A stretch of 64,000 nucleotides of DNA from contig OZ024744.1 in assembly GCA_964016885.1 (NCBI GenBank), forward strand, positions 25,172,001 through 25,236,000, in the 5' to 3' direction. The notes below the pieces were generated by a model that saw only the letters and a program-made list of their open reading frames with translations, made no database searches and was not told where the DNA came from. Of the stretch, positions 1-11,260 are shown piece after piece. A program made the position numbers and the translations under genes. The DNA is from Eledone cirrhosa. Its lineage: Eukaryota. Numbering within the stretch: the first letter of the stretch is position 1; each line of letters starts with the position of its first letter.

Positions 1-1540
1 GATGTCCAGAATTGGGAGTTGATCTTGGCTGTATTCCATTGTGAATTGGATGTGGTTATTGATGCCGTTTATTAAGTTTTTGAAATCCTTCAGTTGGTCG
101 AGTGTGTGGGACCAAAGAATGAGGCAATCATCCAAGTAGCGTTTCCAATTCTCTGATAAATATTTGTGGAAGTTCAATCCGTATTTTGATTTGGACTGTT
201 CATATATCTGGACTTCTAAGTATGCCATGACTAAGTTGGCATAAGTTGGAGCGGCTTTTGTGCCCATCGCAGTCCCCGATATTTGCTTGTAAGTATTGCC
301 ATCGAAATCAAAAAAGTTGTCTGTAGGATGAATTTTAATCCCTCGGTGATGAAGCTTTTTTCTATTCTGTCAGGTATCTCATTGGGATATTTCTCTAGCC
401 AGAATCCTATTGCTTCTAGTCCGTATTGGTGTGGGATCGTTGTGTAGAGATTCACTACATCGAAAGACACAATAATAGTGTCGTTGTTGACATGTTTGGG
501 GAGGTGGTTAAAGAGGTCCAGATCGTCTCTTACAAGGCTTGGTATGTGTTTTAGTATTGGTTTCAGTAGTATGTCTATAAAGTTGCTCAATCTGTGTGTT
601 TCACATTGTGGGCCCGCTACAATTGGTCTTGATTTAAGGTCTGTGGGGTATTGTGTGTTCACGCAGGCTGAGGTGGATTGTTTACAGGCATCGTTGATTA
701 TTTTACATTTGTGGATCTTCGGAAGTCCGTAAAGGTTGCTGGTTTTGTATTCAAAATTTGTTAAATAATCGCGTTCCTTTTTAGTTAGGTCTTCCTGGTA
801 TCGATAAATCAGTGTGTTTAATTTGGTCATTATTTTTTATTGCTGGTAGTTTTTTACTCTTTCATAGTAATTAGCATTTTGTAAGAGAGAGAACATAGAA
901 TTTTTATATTTTTCAGCCTCCATAATGACAACAGTACTTCCCTTGTCCGCTTCCTTAATTACAATGTCCGGATTGTTTTTTAGTTCATGGATAATCTCCC
1001 ATTCCCTTCGACTTGTGTTGGGTTTGGGTTTAGGTTGCGGTAGTTCATGGTATGGGAAGGTAGCTATGTGGTCACAAAATTTGTCCAGAACTCTGTTTCT
1101 ACCTTTTGTTGGGTTGTAGCTGCTTTTATTCCGTACAATTGATTCGTCGTTATTCTCCTTGTCAAAGAATTCCTCTGTGAGACGTAATTTTCTACAGAAG
1201 TGTGAGATATCGTCATTTATCTCGTTGGGGTTAGGATATTGTGGTGTTGGTGTGAATTTCAGACCTTTGGAGAGAATTTTTACTTGTTGGGCTGAGAGGT
1301 TTGTATTTGAAATGTTAATTATTTTCGGTTTTTCAAAATCGGTTTGTGCCACCGGGTGTCGTGAGTCCTGTAGCCTTGGTCTAAAAAATGATTTTTCTGG
1401 AATGTTTTTTCATTGGTATTATTATTATATCTAATGGTATTTCCCCTGTTGTTGTGTGGTCTTGTATAGAAGTTTCGGACGTATTGAGGTTCGGTTTGTT
1501 GATAGTCCGGGTTGTAGATTTGGTTCCTTTGTCGCAAAAA
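1..1540 (-). mobile_element. Penelope-like retroelement ORF (N-terminus + reverse transcriptase), disrupted; runs off window start
   Basis: PLE-type N-terminus KIINISNTNLS..ILSKGLKFTPTP and IVIKEADKGSTVV; then LYGLPKIHK, RPIVAG, VSFDVVNLYTTIPH. After a frameshift near 320 it reads YKQISGTAMGTKAAPTYANL...WKRYLDDCLILW (RYLDD at 127-141). An in-frame TAA at 837-839 separates the two tracked ORFs. Confidence 0.93.
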
Positions 1541-1544
1541 TGTA

Positions 1545-1971
1545 ATGAAAACTTGTTCACGTGACAGCCAAATTTCATTTATAACCAACCAAAAAAAAGC
1601 CTTCGTGAGCCTCATTTTTTCAAGTAAAAAGAAATTCAAACACTCATATATGAAAAAACAACCTGTGACAACCCCCCCCCCCCCTCTCTTATTTGAAGAA
1701 CTATTGTAACGCGAACTGGCGCGATATTTATTATAATTATTGACAAACCAATCAAATTACTTCTCGAAAAACCTGGTTTTCGAGCCACTTTTTCCATATA
1801 AAACAAGTAACATTTAGAGACCAACCAGATGTGAGAAAAACCACAGACCCTCCATCTCAACTCACCTTTTGAAAAGCAGAAGAACTGCGAAACCGGTAAA
1901 GGAACCAAATAAATATATATATTTTTTAAAAAAATAAGACTTCAGTTGCATTTTCGATTTCATCCCTTTTT

Positions 1972-1974
<3 letters not shown>
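1545..1974 (+). mobile_element. Probable inverted PLE terminal repeat (pLTR) segment ending in (TA)n
   Basis: Strand skew flips from T/G-rich to A/C-rich near 1545. The segment carries a + strand hammerhead and ends at a (TA)n tract. Inverted 5' pLTR pieces are an established PLE insertion feature. Confidence 0.55.
1865..1902 (+). ncRNA. Minimal type I hammerhead ribozyme, U3-A8 core variant
   Basis: CCTT-TTGAAAA-GCAG-aagaa-CTGC-GAAA-CCGG-TA-AAGG. Stem I CCTT/AAGG, stem II GCAG/CTGC, palindromic stem III ACCGGT, GUA cleavage triplet. Confidence 0.8.

Positions 1975-2002
<28 letters not shown>
1975..2002. repeat. (TA)n microsatellite
   Basis: Direct reading. Confidence 0.95.
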
Positions 2003-2006
<4 letters not shown>

Positions 2007-2269
2007 CAGTACATACATATGTGTATAGAAGAAGATTCTGATTGCCATATCAAGGTTATTGCGATGACAATCACCATTACTGTGTTGTATGTATGTATGT
2101 GTATATCAGTTTATATTTTCTGTTAAATCGTAGTAGTTTCTATGTATCTACTTACTTAAGGATTTCAAGTATTCTATTGAAAGTAATTGTCTCAATGAGT
2201 AATTTCGTACTGAGACGTAGCTACTTAACACACTGTTAACATTACTGCTGAGTAAATGGCAACTTTACC

Positions 2270-2307
2270 ATCTCTCCCCCTCCCTACCTCCCTCTCTCTT
2301 CCTCCAT

Positions 2308-2371
<64 letters not shown>

Positions 2372-2670
2372 TTCTCTCTCTCTCTCTCTCCCTTTCTCTC
2401 TCTCTCTTCTCTCTCTCTCTATCTTCATCACTCTCTCTCCCTCCCTTTATCTCTCTCTTTCTCTCTCTCTCTATCTCTCTCATTCTTTCTCCCTCCCTTT
2501 CTCTCTCTTCTCTCTCACTCTATCTCTCTCATTCTCTCTCCCTCCCTTCCTCTCTCTGTTCTCTTTCTCTCTATCTCTTTCCTCTCTCTTTCTCTCTCTC
2601 CTCTTTCTCGTATACCCCCTCTCTCTCACACACACTCTTACCCCTTCTCTCTCTCTCACACACATACACA
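2270..2670. repeat. (CT)n-rich polypyrimidine microsatellite
   Basis: Pure and degenerate CT repeats. Confidence 0.95.
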
Positions 2671-2798
2671 ATATTGCAAACTTGTAACTTGTTGATGTAA
2701 CTGTTTATTATCCGGTATCACGAGTGAGAGGTACAACCTGTAGCCTACTGTAGGTTAAGAATGAATTTAAAAAAATTATTTAGCGTAACTCTGTAACG

Positions 2799-3136
2799 CA
2801 GAGATTCCGCCCCACCACGCGGCCACGTAATACCCTCAGTGCCCCCACCCCTATTTCCAGCGAGACCTCCTACACACAAATTGTAAATAATATATAATAA
2901 ATATATAATAAATAAAACTGTTAATTTATATATAATAAATAATATAATATATACTATGTATAAATAAATATTATATATTTTTTATTTTACTATATATATA
3001 TATATAATATATATATATGTATCATATGATATTTAATATACTATTATATCATCTCTACCGCCAACACCCACAGCCCTTCTCCCCCCATGGACCTTCTCGA
3101 CACCCCCGGGGGTAGCGCCTACTTTGAGAACCTCTG
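2799..3136. mobile_element. hAT (Charlie-like) non-autonomous MITE
   Basis: Ends CAGAGATTCC... and ...TTTGAGAACCTCTG form an imperfect terminal inverted repeat. Flanked by an 8-bp duplication CTGTAACG (2791-2798) / CTGTAACA (3137-3144). Confidence 0.7.
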
Positions 3137-3439
3137 CTGTAACAGAATATATGTAAGGAGGCGACGATATTAAGATGACATTAATTCCCTGTGTGCCCAA
3201 GTCAATATGTTCTAACGTAGCATGGTTGTGGTGTTGATATCAAATCTGTTTGCTGAGAGAGATTTTCATTCTACAAAATGTTTCAAGAGAAACTACCAAG
3301 AGCAATTATCATATTTGAACATCAGATATGACATCACACAAGTTAAACCAAGAGAAAGTCACATCATTAAAACTAGTGTTGACGGTTTAGGGAATTCACA
3401 GAATCAGTAATGGCGCCGGACAAACACTTTTGAAGTTCC

Positions 3440-3600
3440 TTAATTTTCTGACCTGAGTTCAAATCACGACAGGAACGGCTTCAGTTTTCATTTATTTAGG
3501 ATCGATAAAACATGTTCTGTTAATTAACTGCAAGTCGTCGATTGAGGATATGACTTATCTTTAAAATTGTGAACATATGCTGTTATAAGAATTCATTAGA
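3440..3600 (+). mobile_element. Degenerate tRNA-derived SINE
   Basis: B-box-like CTGAGTTCAAATC followed by TTTTCATTT..GGATCGATAAAA, similar to the copy at 8077. Confidence 0.55.
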
Positions 3601-3957
3601 ATCAAATCATAAGCCATCAGGTACAGAATCACTTAAAAACAAACCATCAAATGTCGTTTAGATTTTAATGATGAGAGGAAATGATATTTTTTATTTATTA
3701 ATAGAACGGCCATAAATATATCGCATTTTGTGACTAAGTGTGAGGAGTAATGTCAGTTAGTGCCATCATGTTTTCTATGGGATGCCGAGATTGGTAGGAG
3801 GAAGAGAGAAAGTTATACTTATACTGGGGACTTGTGAAAGGGCAAGGTACTAATGTTAAACTGAGCGGCGTTTTAAGTTTAGCACCCAATAACAGGAATG
3901 GAAACATTTAATGTAATTCTGATTATATTTCTGTTGTTTTTGTTGATGCTTAACCGG

Positions 3958-4090
3958 CTCATTTCAGGTGTGGTCGGGCAAATAATGACAACTCATTTCA
4001 GGTGTGGTCGGGCAAATAATGACAACTCATTTCAGGTGTGGTCGGGCAAATAATTACAACTCATTTCAGGTGTGGTCGGGCAAATAATGA
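3958..4090. repeat. 34-bp minisatellite, ~3.9 copies
   Basis: CTCATTTCAGGTGTGGTCGGGCAAATAATGACAA starts at 3958, 3992, 4026 and 4060. Confidence 0.95.
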
Positions 4091-4182
4091 TGAAAAATGT
4101 AGCAGCGGTATAAAGTCTTCCTAAACAGAGTATCATCACATGACTCTATTACTGTGGTATTACAAGATCAAGTGACCGCTTT

Positions 4183-4592
4183 ACACACTCACAAACACAC
4201 AAGCGCACGCACGCACACACACATACATAAACACACATACACATACACACATACACACACATGCACGCGCGCACATACACACACACATACACATAAACAC
4301 ACATACACATACACACACATACACGCACATACACACACATGAACACGCAGACATACACACACACGCATACACACGCACACTTATACACATACACACACAT
4401 GCACACATATACACACACATACACATGCACACATACACACGCACACATATACACATACACACACATACACATACACACACATACACATACACACACACAC
4501 TCACATATATACAAACACACACACATACATACACACACATATGCATACACACATACACACACATATACACACATATATACAAACACACACAC
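4183..4592. repeat. Compound (CA)n/(CATA)n microsatellite
   Basis: Direct reading. Confidence 0.95.
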
Positions 4593-7430
4593 ATTTCCTA
4601 AAATGATGCCTAAAGACCGATGTAATCCTCAAAACCAACCAAAACATCTACCAGGTCGCCTGCGTTCACCAACCTTGGAAAACACCGCCAACCGCATACA
4701 TTGCACATGAATCAAGAAGATTCTGCGACACCATTGCCATCAGCTGCAACTTCACATACGGACACTCTCTGAGTGGAAACAACACTTAACACTGACACCC
4801 GATGACCTGCTCCTTAAAACTCCGAAAGTGATCGACCAGTGTTACTATTTCCGGGTACAACATGAAAAGAAACGACTCAAGCGGAAATTAGAAGAGATCC
4901 TTAAAAAACAACAACAATAAAAACACCTACGCTAACGGACAAATAGACAGGAACCACGAAATGGGCACCAACATGACAACCACCAGCACCACCCCACAGA
5001 CCAGCAACATGGCACACCTGGTCACCAACCTAAACAGTACCCTCACAAAAGACGAGCTGGAACTTCTACACCTCCGATCCAAGTTCATCGTCTCACAGAG
5101 CCGCGACGACAGACTCGACATTGAGGCCAACTTCTGTCGAGCAGCTTAACAACTCAAATGGATAACCGCCATCAACACTACCACCGAAAATGACAATACT
5201 TAGACATCCCGCCCTAAATTCCCCACCTACCACCTTCACAACCCACTCCACCACCCCCACCCACCAACCACGAACTCGACAAGAAATTCATCAGGTTGAA
5301 ACACTATCTCTGACATCCTACATAAGCACACACTCACACAACATGCAACCTCACTAAATCACAACTCACTACTCTCACAAAGCTGAAATCGAGGAACCTC
5401 GTTTACCTCCCATCCGACAAATGTCTGCGTCATCACCAACGAGGCCTACAACAACCTAACTCTCCGACACCTTCACAATGACAGCTTCTACTCCAAGGTC
5501 ACAGGGATGACCACCTCAAAGATCGAATAACATCAACGCCATTAGGACCAACATCTGCGACCGGCGGAAACTCCCGAATAGGCTAAAAAAACAACCTCTT
5601 TCCGGAGAACAGTAGTAGACCCGCCTTCCATCACTTCGCCAAAACCGACAAACAAGGAGCCGACCTAAAAATCAAGTCCATTGTATCCAGCGTGGAAGGA
5701 ACACTTAACAAAATCTCATGATTCCTGTGCAAAATCCTGAAACCTCTACTGGCCACCTTACTGGAACACATCAACAGTTTTGAAGAGGTTATAGAACGAC
5801 TGCACCAAATGAAACCTGACGCCCGAAAGGATAACAGGTATGCCTTCAGCCTTTGTATGGTCGCTTTATACACCACAGTTCCAGCACTCTCCACCGTCGA
5901 CATACTGACGGAACGAGTCCAGTCCACCAACTTACACTGCTTCGGACTCACATCCACCAGAATGCACCAGCTCCTATCCGTTGTCATTGACAACACATAC
6001 TTCGACCTTCTCGGCTACACACACCGGCAGACTTCAGGGCTACCCATGGGTTCAAGCCTGTCGGGTGTGCTAGCGATCTCGTATATGGACTGACTAGAAC
6101 TCAAGGCACTCAACACCTGCCACCCCAACGCTGCCTTTTTCTCAAGATATGTGGATGATATTCTCATCCTCACGTCTTCTCGAGAGACGACTGACGGGAT
6201 TTACGAGGCGTCCAATAACATGGACGAGAACATCGATTTCAGTATAGAGCACCCCAGCGACGACGGGTCCCTTGTCCTCCTTGATTTCCGACTAAACACC
6301 CTGGAACACGGAGGGGTCAACGCTGACTTCTACCGCAAGGCGACTTGCATGGGCCCATTCGTCCAGTTTAAGTCTGCCCTCCCTAACAATGTCAAAAGAG
6401 GATATATCCCAAACGAGGTCACGTGGATAAGAGATAGTGGCAGTGCACATGTGAGCGGAGTCACTCGTACCAAGCAGTTCCACAGGGTGTTGGAAGCTAA
6501 CGGCTATCCAACATCTTTTACTAACTTAATAAGGGACCCTAGACACAGGAGGCACAGAAGCCTGAAGGATAAGTACTTCCTCAAAATCCCGAATCTGGGC
6601 GAAAAAACCACCAGCGCTATCCTCAGAGCCATACGAAGGGAGGCTTTGGACATCCAATTGGCCCACTTGGGACCCTACCTACGGAAATGCCCCCCCCCCC
6701 CCGGAAACATTACAACGCAGACAATGCATTCTCCCTCAGCAATTGTCCGATATGACAAACAAACTATTGCATACGCATCTATGTCGTTTATAAGATCGAA
6801 CGTGACAAGTGCAAGGACTTTTACACCGGCAGCATCATCCGACCACTGCACATACGAATCAAGGACCACGATAGCACTAGAGCCTCGTCCTTTCAGAAAC
6901 ACATCACCAAATGTGGAAACAAGGAGGAAAGATACCCTGTCACAGTGCTAGCGATGGAGCGCAACATTGGAACTCTGAGGAATAAGGGAGCACTTTGGAT
7001 AAAACGACTAGGACCGCCATACAACAATAGATCCGATAGGAGTGAGACGAGATGACTGGTTTAAATCGAACGACGACACACAATAAGAGATGAGCGAATG
7101 TTACTGTACATATCGCTTGCCTACTGACATACCAACAAACAACAAACGGACAGAGCCTACTACTACATCTGTCACCAGTTTAGACCCATCCTACCACTAC
7201 CAGAAAACAAAGAGTCGGCAACATTGGTAAGCAAACCTGCCATCCCACGCCTTAGTGACGACGACTACTAATTTAACGAACTTTGAAAGATGGCACCTAT
7301 TTCGCATGTGCGCGCCCCCGATAGAGAATAGTTTCTGACACACAACAACCAGTCGGACATTGACGGCAGCTACAAACGGCCACATTGTTCCCGTCCCCGA
7401 CATATCTATTTCTTTTCGGAAACCCCCTTC
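4593..7430 (+). mobile_element. Degraded near-full-length Penelope-like element (RT + C-terminal GIY-YIG endonuclease), Naiad-like
   Basis: RT motifs LVTNLNSTLTKDELELL, FHHFAKTDK..KIKSIVS, ALYTTVP, QTSGLPMGSSLSGVLA, RYVDD (6145-6159), FYRK, ANGYP. After a frameshift: NCPI*QTNYC-VVYKIERDKCKDFYTGSIIRPLHIRIKDH...KHITKC...ALWIKRLGPPYN, stop at 7053-7055. Several stops and frameshifts. Clade assignment is by motif resemblance only. Confidence 0.9.
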
Positions 7431-7755
7431 GAATGCAACCATTACTGTTGGAAGCTCCCGGATAGTGGAGTTGATAACTCCACTATCCGGGAGCTTCCAA
7501 CAGTAATGGTTGCATTCTTTAAGGGTATGTCAATATTTATTTATAAAACTGTTCTATATTATATTTTATCTGATGAAAGCATACCATAATTTAACTTGGT
7601 GTCCTTGAAATATGTATAATGAAATAACTATGGTTTTATAAATATAGTTTCCATTTATTAATATCGTATTTTTACTCCAAATATTTGTTGAGTGCTTCAT
7701 ATCAGTTATAAAAATATTTGCTTGTTGTATCCCAACAATTTAAATAGAACTTTAC
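7431..7755 (+). mobile_element. Short pLTR-like insert (family A, copy 1) with 5' fold-back and hammerhead-like core
   Basis: Perfect 42-bp inverted repeat 7431-7472/7476-7517. CTGATGA at 7570 and GAAA at 7607. Ends in (TA)n. The same sequence recurs at 12745-13119. Confidence 0.7.
7566..7620 (+). ncRNA. Hammerhead-like motif with atypical stem I
   Basis: CTGATGA-AAGcATACCA-loop-TGGTGTcCTT-GAAA-TATG-TA. Stem II is good and stem III ATATGT is self-complementary with G-U pairs, but stem I (TTA/TAA) needs one bulged base. Confidence 0.5.
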
Positions 7756-8076
7756 ATATATATATATAGATAAGTTGTGTGTATATGTGTATGCGTAAAC
7801 ACCTTAAAATTAATCACATAACACTTCTTAACTGACTAGAGATACTGAAAGTTCTTCATTAGGAATCCATCGAAAGTGAATAACAGCCACCGAAGAAACA
7901 ACGTAAGTAGGTACTCTAATCCATAAACAGGTATTTATCTAGAAACTTACACGCCAATACTGACAATAGCACTGCAAGAGGTACCAATCGACAAAATATA
8001 TATATATCGAACAGACAACTGTTTAAAGAATCTAATCAGCATATAGACTCATTCTACATTATTTATAGAAGCAACG

Positions 8077-8255
8077 GTGGATTGGCAGTATCGGTAGAGG
8101 GTCGGACGCCATGCTTTCCAGCATAGTTACGTCCCTTTACCATCTGAGTCCAAATCCCGCCGAGGTTGACTTTGCCTTTCATCCTTACGGGGTCGATAAA
8201 ATAAAGTACCAGTAATGCACTGGTAATTGCTGGCCTTGTGCCTAAAGTAGAAACA
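8077..8255 (+). mobile_element. tRNA-derived SINE with target-site duplication
   Basis: A-box-like TGGCAGTATCGG, B-box-like GAGTCCAAATCC, core GCCTTTCATCCTTACGGGGTCGATAAAAT. TSD ATTATTTATAGAAGCAACG at 8058-8076 and 8256-8274. Confidence 0.88.
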
Positions 8256-8782
8256 ATTATTTATAGAAGCAACGCAACGTGCCACTCGAAACAAACACCT
8301 GTGACTTAATTCAGCATAGTGTAAATATGAATACGAACCTTCCACCTTTTACAAACAATATTTCGAGGATATGCTCCTTTTTCACAACAGAAAAATAAGG
8401 CCATGATTGCTTCCTCTGTATCCATCATTTAGCTACAGAACTAGACAAAGGCAACGATAAACCATAGACCAGCCTTGATCTTAGTTTCCTTCAGATTTAT
8501 ATTTTCCTCGCTTACCCATATCTTGTAGAACTACCCTGTTAATATGCTTGTTGTACACCAGCTCGGCTTAACCTCTCGTCTCGTTCTCTGTCTTAAAACG
8601 AAACTTATGATTTTATTTCGATGTATCACACATTTAGTCATATGTCTCTATTGAGGCAACTGATACAACAATTGTGGTGAGCACCACTTCTTTCCGCTTG
8701 AATCAGACTTCTTACAGCGTGCATAAATATACAGTAAATAAGTTTTTAAAAAGAAAAAATAATAATAGTAAAACATATCTTA

Positions 8783-9340
8783 TAATGATTAGAGAACTGC
8801 GAGACTGTCAGAGTTATTTTTTCTGAACACGTTATTAAAATACGTTGGATTACTTTGAATAAATCATTAATGAATATTATGTAATTAATCTACTAAATTT
8901 CTTAGCTCTTGATTAAACATAAATATTCTTATATATGATGTATTGTTTATTTCACGATTGACTTTTTTTTTAATTTTCAAATGTCAACAATTCCGTTAGC
9001 GTCCTTTATATCATAGCACTTCATCGTACGCTATAATTACATCGTTATATAACGTTTATATTTCCGTCGCTAATTTTCTCCTTTTTCGTTTTCATAACAT
9101 TTCTCCATAATGCAGTTTATATATAATATCGTCTTTTTAAAATGTATCATGGATTATTTTACTGATTACAGAAGAGAGTGTAACACAGTCCCTCTTCAAT
9201 TTTTGTGTATATTCACAATTTACTTTTTATTTGATGTATCATATCTACATGCACGTATATTTGCGTATAATAACAATATGCACACTACACATGCTAGCAG
9301 AAAACCCCTCGTAGGTTGGTATTTCTACCGGTAGTTGATA
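8783..9340. repeat. Local direct duplication, copy 1 (paralog at 11602-12326)
   Basis: Colinear similarity from TAATGATTAGAGAACTGCGAGACTGT to GGTAGTTGATA. Confidence 0.9.
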
Positions 9341-9959
9341 ATACTTAAAGATAACCTTTAGCTATTGTTTTAACTAATGAGGGAGACGTTGGAATCTTCC
9401 GAAGCGCTTTAGCGATAAAAAACAAAACAAAATAAAAAAGAAAACTTTTTCTCTTTCTTTTATTGAATGAAAATATCTCCTGCGCGGAGCTGTGTGAAAC
9501 GTGACAGTTCATAGTGCTGCTTCGGTCGCCGATAGAAAACGATAAAGTAAATGTAAACAAATAAAGTGCAGAAGTCAGTTGATTTCATCAGACACTTCTC
9601 TAAAGGTTGAAATAGGAGAAGACTTAACGTAAGTTATTCAGATCAGTAATACACTATTTCCCTTGTAACAACATCTGGATTTCTAACGCTACACCAGGAA
9701 GCTCAATAGCTTCCACACAACCGGATTTAAGGGAAATATTTTCTCAGTGTTTGTCAGTGTTTGTCTACACAAGTTTATATTCCAGCCGTTGAAATATTTA
9801 CCTAAGAAGGTCTCCACAGCATCAACAACAGCAATATGTAATTCTCAATTAGAACGGATAATTCATCTAGCATATATATTAGATTAATGAATGCCCATAT
9901 TAGTCTTCATAGAAGAATTAATTACAACAAACTCAGTTTTATCGGGTACATAGCTTATT

Positions 9960-10146
9960 ATTATCTCCTCGTCCTCGGTCTTAAAACCAGGCATGGTTAT
10001 ATGTGCTCTTATCCAGTCGATGTATCACATATTCAGTCATATGCCCTTATTGAGGCTACTGATACTACCATTGTACTGAGCACCTCTTCTTTTCGCTTCA
10101 GCCAGGCTTCGTGCAACACCGTATATCAGGTAAAACTTCGAAGTTA
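9960..10146 (-). pseudogene. Possible decayed exon with weak C-type-lectin/Link-like start; paralogous remnant at ~8575-8730
   Basis: An acceptor-like TTCATTGTCAG precedes TSKFYLIYGVARSLAEAKRRGAQYNGSISSLNKGI*. The paralog reads AVRSLIQAERSGAHHNCCISCLNRDI*. Strand and family are uncertain. Confidence 0.25.
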
Positions 10147-10773
10147 CTGACAATGAAATCATAATAAATATTAAACTCTACACTTTATGTAGTCCTTTAT
10201 TCAATCACAGCTCGTTGTTTTTATGCATATAAAATATTTATTTTTAATTGAATTACACAAATCAAGTCTTTTTAGAGACTTAAACTCGTTCGATGGAATA
10301 TTCGTAGTTTAGTGAGTTAAATCCACAAAGAAGCAACGAATGAAATATAAGTATTCAAAGTCAGTATAATAACTTATCTTCCATATTAATTTTGTGGATT
10401 GTATTAGGTGTTGCACCACTTTTATGTTCCCATTTCATATTATGTCGGTGTTGACGTTGTTTTTTTTTATTTTTGGTGTCAATGAAATACAATATAGTTT
10501 CTGGCAGAGCTTGGGCTCTCCATTATACACTTTAATGTTACATTCGATAAAAGTTAGAATAAAATCTTAGAACATATAGCAGCTAATTTACCAAGTTTCG
10601 CCCAAGTCGATGTGATAGAAATAGCAGTTAAATTTTACTAAACTTCACAGGCTACTGTCGTACAAATAATTTAATTTTTTATGATGTAACTTCGGATATA
10701 TTGTGTCTAAAACAAAAGAATTGATTGTCATGGGTGGAATGTATGTTCATATGTATGTTCGATCAAGGGTTCA

Positions 10774-10840
10774 CCAACAATATCAACAACAACATCAACA
10801 ACAGTAAAAACAGTAACATCAACAGCAACAATAGCAATGA
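10774..10840. repeat. Degenerate (CAA)n microsatellite
   Basis: Direct reading. Confidence 0.8.
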
Positions 10841-10887
10841 AAAGTTAAATTATACTCACGTGATTTGATAGAGTCAATTTAAAGATC

Positions 10888-11260
10888 TCAGATGTACTCC
10901 GACACTATACTGTCAAGCTCCTCCGCAAGATCGGAACGTCGGTGGCCCGTCTGAGGAAGGAACCCTGTGAGGTGGGATGGCTGTTGCAGCGGGTGTCGCT
11001 GGCCATTGCCCGCGAGAATGCTTTTGCGGTCAGGTCCACGGGGCACAGCCCCATTGCAACCGTACCCTAGGCCCAGAGCCGAATCACCCTCAAACTCCTC
11101 CCCCTCCCCCATTTCCACGTCTTCATCCTCCCCATTCTTCTGTGACACAAGAGTCCTTACCCTGCCCTGTCCTTTTCCGGATTTCTTTTTCTTTTTTCTT
11201 TACATTTTCCTATTTTACATTCCATTCTTCTCAATCTATATTTTCTTTGTTTCTCATTCT
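10888..11260 (+). mobile_element. 3' fragment of a CRE-like (restriction-like endonuclease) non-LTR retrotransposon
   Basis: An untracked frame reads VKLLRKIGTSVARLRKEPCEVGWLLQRVSLAIARENAFAV (stop at 11068-11070). This matches the QRxSxAIxRGNA C-terminal motif, and a pyrimidine-rich 3' UTR follows. Confidence 0.7.

Noticed and set aside
2225-2687. ER-rich and SL-rich ORFs
   Set aside because: Translations of the (CT)n microsatellite.
3958-4090. 34-bp repeats as a CRISPR array
   Set aside because: The copies are contiguous with no spacers, the context is eukaryotic, and there are no cas genes.
4149-4710. CV-rich and HT-rich ORFs
   Set aside because: Translations of the (CA)n compound repeat.
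4795-4840. CCGATGA...CGAAAGTGATC hammerhead-like spacing
   Set aside because: The core is mismatched, no stems support it, and it lies within PLE coding remnants.
9570-9600. Minus-strand CTGATGA...CTGA as a hammerhead or C/D snoRNA
   Set aside because: No stem II or GAAA follows, and the boxes are only 6 nt apart.
10402-10460. Possible Tc1/mariner terminal repeat (TATTAGGTGTTGCACC)
   Set aside because: No partner inverted repeat or transposase was found in the window.
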